Shown: in pieces, positions 58,651-64,000 of the stretch
Layout: the number at the start of each line of letters is the position of its first letter
Numbering within the stretch: position 1 is the first letter of the stretch
Source of the DNA: Thermodesulfobacteriota bacterium
GTDB taxonomy: Bacteria; Desulfobacterota; Desulfarculia; JACQYL01
Assembly: GCA_963675595.2 (NCBI GenBank)
Contig: CAXXLZ010000002.1
Coordinates: forward strand, 416,001 to 480,000
Direction of reading: 5' to 3'
DNA: 64,000 nt
Made by a program: the position numbers and the translations under genes
Notes under the pieces: model-generated
The model's database searches: none
Seen by the model: only the letters and a program-made list of their open reading frames with translations
What the model was told of the DNA's origin: nothing

Positions 58651-60561
58651 ATGAACAATGAAATAGTGCAATTCCTCGCCCGTGTGGATCCTTTCAGCTT
58701 CCTGCCGAAGGAAGAGATCGAAAGGCTCGCCGACACCGTGACCCTCGCGCGACATCCCAAGGACACCATCCTCTTCATCCAGGGAGAGTCGCACATGGAT
58801 CACCTTTACGTGGTCATGGACGGCGTCGTCGAAAGGTATACGGAGGAGTTCGGGAGAAAGACCTTTCGAGGCTTCGCCGAGGAGGGAGATATTTACGGCG
58901 GCGTTTCACTGCTGCTCAATGCGGGCGTTTCCCTCAGGACCGTACGTGTCGAGGAAGAAGCCACCTTCTGCCTGGTACCCAAAGCGGACTTTCTGGACCT
59001 CTGCGCGCGCTATGAAGAATTCCGCGAATATTTCTCGAATATTTTCGGTAAGCGAATGCTTGAGAAGTCGTACGGGGCTATGGCGGGCCGGAGCACACGC
59101 ACCCAAGAAGAAACCGGACTCCCGTTGCTGAATCAGCGTGTCGAAAGTATTTACTCGGACGACATCGCCGTCTGCCGACCCGAGGAGCCCATTCAAGAGG
59201 TGGCCGCCCGCATGGTTCGCAAGAGCTGCAGCGCGGTCCTGGTGGAAGGGCCCGACGGCCGATTCGTCGGTATCCTCACGGATAGGGACTTACGCGAAAA
59301 GGTTGTGGCCGGAGGGCTGTCGCCGGCCCTGCCGGTTTCTTCCATCATGTCTTCCCCCGTGGCTTCCGTTTCCGAAGACGCTCTGGTTTCCGAGGCCATT
59401 CTGGCCATGGTTCAGAAGAACATCAAACACCTAGCCGTGACGGACGCATCGGGGCGCGTTTTGGGCATGACCAGCGATGAGCATCTTCTGCTCTCGCAGA
59501 CCCATTCCACGATCTACCTCATCCGTGACATCCACAAAGCCACGCAACTCGACGACGTCATGGACAAGCATGCCCAACTCCCGCTGCTTTTCAAAACCCT
59601 GATCAACAGCGGGGTTAAGGCGGAGCGTCTCACAAGATTGATTTCGGCCTGCTCGGACGCCATTCTAAGAAAGCTTGTGGAATTCGCTTTAAATGAACTC
59701 GGTCCGCCCCCGGTACGTTTTACCTTCATGGTGCTCGGCAGTGAGGGACGAAACGAACAGACCTTTAAGACCGACCAGGATAATGCGGTGGTGTTCGAAG
59801 ACGTACCTCCGGAATCCCTGGATTCCGTCACCGACTATTTTCTCAAATTCGGGGACAAAGTCTGCACTTGGCTGGATCGGGCGGGCTACGACTTCTGCAA
59901 AGGCGGAGTCATGGCCAAGAATCCCATGTGGTGCCGGCCGATCTCCGCCTGGAAGAAATACTTCACCGATTGGATCCATACCGCCGAGCCGGAGGCGCTC
60001 CTCCAGGCCAGCATCTTTTTCGATTTTCGATCGGGTTTTGGAGACGACTCGCTGATCCATGAGCTCCGTGCACATCTCTTCGGGTCTTTAGGACAGTGGG
60101 CGGGTTTCTTTCGCCATCTCACGGAGAACACCCTGGTATTCAAGCCTCCCCTGGGATTTTTCCGTAGCTTTGTCGTGGAATCCAAAGGAAAACACCGCAA
60201 CAAGTTGGACATCAAAAGCGCCATGACCCCTATCGTGGACTATGCGCGCATTTACGCCCTGAAGAATCGCATATCCGCCACGAACACATTGGAACGGCTG
60301 AAGAAGCTGGTGACCGCGGAGCAACTTTCCCATGAAGACTACGAGGATATCTCTCAAGCCTACGTCTTCCTGATGCAGCTTCGGCTGGTTCACCAGGTGC
60401 GTCAGGTCACCGAGCTCAGAGAAGAGCCGGACAACCACATTAACCCCAAGGACCTTACCCGCATCGAACAGAACACCTTGAAGGAGATTTTCAAGCGGGT
60501 GGAACGCTACCAAGGGCAACTTCGCATAGAGTTTACCGGAGAAGGATTCGTGATCACCTGA
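58651..60561 (+). CDS. cNMP-binding / CBS-pair / DUF294 nucleotidyltransferase-like protein
   Basis: N-terminal cNMP fold, GILTDRDLR (CBS), LGSEGRNEQT..TDQDNA, C.GGVMA.NP.W, IFFDFR, DIK. Confidence 0.9.
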   Translation: MNNEIVQFLARVDPFSFLPKEEIERLADTVTLARHPKDTILFIQGESHMDHLYVVMDGVVERYTEEFGRKTFRGFAEEGDIYGGVSLLLNAGVSLRTVRVEEEATFCLVPKADFLDLCARYEEFREYFSNIFGKRMLEKSYGAMAGRSTRTQEETGLPLLNQRVESIYSDDIAVCRPEEPIQEVAARMVRKSCSAVLVEGPDGRFVGILTDRDLREKVVAGGLSPALPVSSIMSSPVASVSEDALVSEAILAMVQKNIKHLAVTDASGRVLGMTSDEHLLLSQTHSTIYLIRDIHKATQLDDVMDKHAQLPLLFKTLINSGVKAERLTRLISACSDAILRKLVEFALNELGPPPVRFTFMVLGSEGRNEQTFKTDQDNAVVFEDVPPESLDSVTDYFLKFGDKVCTWLDRAGYDFCKGGVMAKNPMWCRPISAWKKYFTDWIHTAEPEALLQASIFFDFRSGFGDDSLIHELRAHLFGSLGQWAGFFRHLTENTLVFKPPLGFFRSFVVESKGKHRNKLDIKSAMTPIVDYARIYALKNRISATNTLERLKKLVTAEQLSHEDYEDISQAYVFLMQLRLVHQVRQVTELREEPDNHINPKDLTRIEQNTLKEIFKRVERYQGQLRIEFTGEGFVIT

Positions 60562-60836
60562 AGCGCCCCACACTCCACAACGGTTCCGGCCCGGCGGCCT
60601 TCAGGCGAAAACTTCCGTTCGAGCCCGACCTTCAGGCGGTACCATTCACGGGGGAGGGGAATAGGGTTGCGCATTGATTTCCAGCCTTCCTTACACCTCC
60701 TGAGTCGACCAAGAAGCTCCATGGTCCGGTTTCGTCGCGCGCCGGCGGCCTGTCATTTCCGCGACCGACTTTCCTTCAGGCCTCTCCGCCGATATCAGCT
60801 CCCTCTCCTGTCGGCGACACCCAAGGAGAGTTTTTC

Positions 60837-62255
60837 CTATGTGGCCTCAAGTCAAGCCGGAATTGGATAACCGTTTCCTATTCGCGCCCGAAGCGCCAAG
60901 TACACATGCGATGTAGAAGCGAAGATGCCGCCATTTCCCCAGCGCTACCGATGCAGCCAAACTTTATCGCGGCCGTCTCCGCTTTTTTCTCCCGGCTTGA
61001 GGCTCGGGACCCACCTCAAGTATGGGTCCCGAGCCGGTTGGGTTCTCCTAAACAAGTCCTAACCGGCTCATGCTTGGTCCGCTTGGAGACGAAATTCATA
61101 GGTCCGTTTTTCCATGGTCAATCGCCATAGAACAACGGCCAGTTTCCGTGCCAACGCACAAATGGCCTTTTGTGGAAGGCCCGTTCGCGACAGGAGTTTT
61201 CGATAATGCGAATCAATGGCCGGATCCCTGGACTTCCACGTCCAGGCCGCCTCCACCAACAGACTCCGCAGTCGCGTCTGACCCACGGGAGGAAGCGCCA
61301 CTCGAGATTTCCGCTCTCCGCTTTGTCTTACCAACGGTGCGAGTCCCAGATAGCTGGTCACTTCCTCCACCCGATGGAACCGACTCGGGCGAAACAATTC
61401 CAGGAGGAAGGTAGCCGCTGTGATGGGACCCACCCCGGGGACGCTTCGAAGGCATCGCATTTCCTCAAAGTGTTCAGGTTTCTCGCACACACTGGAAGTC
61501 CTTTCCTCCATGAAGGCTTTTTCCTTTGTGAGGAAATTCAACTCACGGAGCAAGCTGAGCAGCGTCGCTTTGGCCTCCTTCGGCAGACGAAGCTTTCGAA
61601 GTTGCGCCACAGCGCTTCGGCCCCAATGATTGAGCCCGGGAGGCGCCTCCACACCGTGAAACAGCAGAAGGGATTGAATTCTCTGCTTAACGCGTCGAGT
61701 GCCGTCGGCCAGATCGTGCCGACGGCGAATTACGCTGCGTTCGGCCTCCTCTTCCTCCGTGGGAACGGCGATGGACTTCAATATCCCTCGGGCGGCATGG
61801 TCCGCCAACCGCATGCAATCCAGGCGGTCGGTCTTGGCCCCCGCAGTCACCGGCCTAGGGACCCGACTCGGCGCCACCACGATCACGCTGAACCCGGCTT
61901 TGGCCAAAGTGCGCGCAAGGCCGAAGCCGGTGGGCCCCGCTTCGTAGGCTACGGCTCGGATGCGCCTCAAGTGGGGGAGCAACATGGCCACGATGGCCTC
62001 CGGAGAGGCCGAGGACACAAAAGTCTTCACCTCGCCGTCGCTGCGAAGCACGGCCACGTGGTAGCTCTTTTTGTGTACGTCGATCCCGACGTGGAAATCA
62101 CGGTCGATATCCAGCTCCAAAAACTTGGCCAATTCTGTTACTTTCGTTGCTACCATGTTGGTCTCCTTTCTGTTTGGGTGATGCTCCATCATAACGATCG
62201 AGCACCTGAGGCCAACATGGTATTTCCCCATGGATGTGGAGTGTTAACTTTCTAT
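60837..62255 (-). mobile_element. IS110-family insertion sequence (~1.42 kb; boundaries inferred)
   Basis: Contains the transposase. CTAT (ATAG on the coding strand) lies at both inferred ends (60837-60840, 62252-62255). A TTGACT hexamer sits just inside the 3' end. ~230 nt of structured non-coding DNA follows the gene. Confidence 0.7.
61068..62156 (-). CDS. IS110-family transposase/recombinase
   Basis: DEDD RuvC-like motifs GIDVHK, YEAGPTG, KTDRLD; C-terminal VPGVGPITA, YLGLAP...QSG, LVEAAW, ALARKL. AAAGGAG RBS before ATG 62156. Confidence 0.95.
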   Translation of the reverse strand: MVATKVTELAKFLELDIDRDFHVGIDVHKKSYHVAVLRSDGEVKTFVSSASPEAIVAMLLPHLRRIRAVAYEAGPTGFGLARTLAKAGFSVIVVAPSRVPRPVTAGAKTDRLDCMRLADHAARGILKSIAVPTEEEEAERSVIRRRHDLADGTRRVKQRIQSLLLFHGVEAPPGLNHWGRSAVAQLRKLRLPKEAKATLLSLLRELNFLTKEKAFMEERTSSVCEKPEHFEEMRCLRSVPGVGPITAATFLLELFRPSRFHRVEEVTSYLGLAPLVRQSGERKSRVALPPVGQTRLRSLLVEAAWTWKSRDPAIDSHYRKLLSRTGLPQKAICALARKLAVVLWRLTMEKRTYEFRLQADQA

Positions 62256-62430
62256 AAGTTTTTCCCTCGAAAACGATCATGAATCCGTTTATGATTCCCG
62301 ATCAGTGACTTTGAAAGCGTGCTGCCGGTAAATAGGAAAACGGTCGGCAGTCGGAGGCCGCAATGCGATGGGTCTCAACTCTTCGCTTTCACCAACCCAT
62401 TTCCATTTTTTGTTCGGAGGAAGCCCAAGT

Positions 62431-63990
62431 ATGAAAAGAAGTGCATTTTTTTTCGTCCTTTTTCTCCTGACCTGCTCCGTCGTCGTTTCAACGCCCCCGG
62501 CGTTTGCCGGCCACGCGGGCATCTGGAAAGCGACGGACGGTTCCAACAACTACTACATCCAGACTTATGAACAGAAATCAGGCATTGAAAGCATCGCGGT
62601 GATCGCCACACCCGATCTCATCAGCTTCCACGTATTTCTGGGAACCGTCATCAACGGCTATCCTCTTCTGAACGATGACCCCAACACCGGGGCAAGCCTT
62701 ACTTTGACGTTCACTTCGGCCACGGAAGGCACCGCCGTGTTTACCCTGAACGGCACCGCCCACGAATCTCCGATCACACAGTCTTTTGTCGAGGACTGTG
62801 AAAACCTGACGGTTTCAAGCTTCATGGACCGAATCATACCCGCGACCCCCGTGGGGAGCGAGGGAGCCGGCCAAGCGGGCATCTGGAAGGCCAACGACAA
62901 TTCCATCAATTTCTACATTCAGACTTACGCCGGAGAGGGAGGATCGAGAAGCATCGCCGTGGTCGCCACGCCGGACCTGATTCAATTCTACGTCTTTTTG
63001 GGGACTATTGTGGACGGCGTGGCTCAGTTGAACCCGGACCCCGTTACCGGTGCGGAACTGAGCCTGGAATTCTCGTCTCTCACCCAAGGGACCGCCACCC
63101 TGATCATGGGCGGGTCCACCGCGGTTTCCCCCATGACCATCGCCTTCACCGCCAATTGCCGCGATCTGTCGCTCAGCGGAGGGAGCGGAGACGGATGGTC
63201 TTCCGGATATGTTTCCCTGGACATGAGCACCTATGCGGGTGAGTTCGGCGACGTTTATGTGGATGCCTACGCGACCTTCGCCTCCTTCAGCCAGGAACCC
63301 CAATGGTACGAGGACCCATCAGCCGCGGTGCGCGACATTCCATTGGACACCTGCGTGTTCAATTCATACGACATGGACAGTTCAGGAATCGAGATTCCCG
63401 GGCTTCTCGACGCCGGTGATTACGTGGACGTGTCTGGAGGACCCTCGGGAACCATCAGTCTCGTCAAGACCACCACGACGGCGGGCCCCTCCTACGCCCC
63501 GGAAGAGGATCTGACCGAGGCCGATTACGGAGCCGGCTCCACTTACACCTTCAGCTCCTCCGGCGGGTCCGACGTGGGTCCTTTCAGCGTCTCGGTCAAG
63601 GCTCCGGATCCTGTTCAACTGATTTATCCGGTTCTGGGAAGCACGCCGCCAAGTATCCCCAGAAACCAGGACCTGAACGTGCAATGGAATGCGGGAAGCG
63701 GCAGCGAGGTGGAGGCATCCATCAGCGCCACCAAGCTGGACCTGCAAAATCAGAAGATTACCTACTATGAGATCTACTGTCGATTCAGCGACGACGGTGA
63801 AGGCACGATTCCCGCTTCCGAGTTGAGCAAGATGCCGGACCTGGCGTCACCCGGGCCCATTCCTTTCACGTCCCCGTCCTACTTCGATCTGATCCGCTAC
63901 AATACGGCTTCCTTTTCGGCAAGCGGCCTTTCCCAGGGAGGTTTCGCGGCGATCAGCACGGGCATGGGCGGCGACATCAACCTCGAATAG
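62431..63990 (+). CDS. Secreted protein with two N-terminal GIWK domains and a beta-rich C-terminal region
   Basis: GGAGG RBS, signal peptide MKRSAFFFVLFLLTCSVVVSTPPAFA, GIWK at 62518 and 62878; C-terminal IPLDTC...LDAG...CRFSDDG...IPA. Confidence 0.8.
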   Translation: MKRSAFFFVLFLLTCSVVVSTPPAFAGHAGIWKATDGSNNYYIQTYEQKSGIESIAVIATPDLISFHVFLGTVINGYPLLNDDPNTGASLTLTFTSATEGTAVFTLNGTAHESPITQSFVEDCENLTVSSFMDRIIPATPVGSEGAGQAGIWKANDNSINFYIQTYAGEGGSRSIAVVATPDLIQFYVFLGTIVDGVAQLNPDPVTGAELSLEFSSLTQGTATLIMGGSTAVSPMTIAFTANCRDLSLSGGSGDGWSSGYVSLDMSTYAGEFGDVYVDAYATFASFSQEPQWYEDPSAAVRDIPLDTCVFNSYDMDSSGIEIPGLLDAGDYVDVSGGPSGTISLVKTTTTAGPSYAPEEDLTEADYGAGSTYTFSSSGGSDVGPFSVSVKAPDPVQLIYPVLGSTPPSIPRNQDLNVQWNAGSGSEVEASISATKLDLQNQKITYYEIYCRFSDDGEGTIPASELSKMPDLASPGPIPFTSPSYFDLIRYNTASFSASGLSQGGFAAISTGMGGDINLE

Positions 63991-64000
63991 ACGCTCACCG

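Overview
A GC-rich chromosomal window from a sulfate/sulfite-reducing bacterium, most likely Desulfobacterota. The core is a complete reductive dsr locus: dsrT-dsrMKJOP plus a 7Fe-type ferredoxin on the minus strand, divergent dsrA-dsrB-dsrD-TPR, and dsrN-dsrC with four uncharacterised downstream genes. A tetraheme cytochrome c3 gene lies next to it. Housekeeping genes include radA (partial), kdsB, a kdnA/kdnB-like pair, queD, rtcB, a NUDIX hydrolase, a DHH phosphoesterase, rimO, a polyprenyl synthase, tRNA-Glu(CTC), lipB, glutamate dehydrogenase, a four-subunit 2-oxoacid:ferredoxin oxidoreductase, pncA and a DUF294 nucleotidyltransferase, plus one IS110-family element. The most interesting signals are: (1) an unnamed ~100-aa 'GIWK...NFYIQxY' domain, always present as a tandem pair, in three dispersed and otherwise unrelated secreted proteins; (2) a heme oxygenase / CheB-like / globin+B12 (photocobilin-like) / PAS-coiled-coil cassette that splits a Kdo-related gene run; (3) a chelatase chlD-type gene with an A9G -1 frameshift site; (4) a perfect 34-bp AT-rich palindrome in a low-GC patch; (5) a 43%-His alternating HX protein; (6) a displaced tRNA-Glu 3' fragment bounding a 1.35-kb island remnant; and (7) two families of dispersed non-coding repeats. 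All calls come from motif recognition by eye and recalled family knowledge; no database searches were run.
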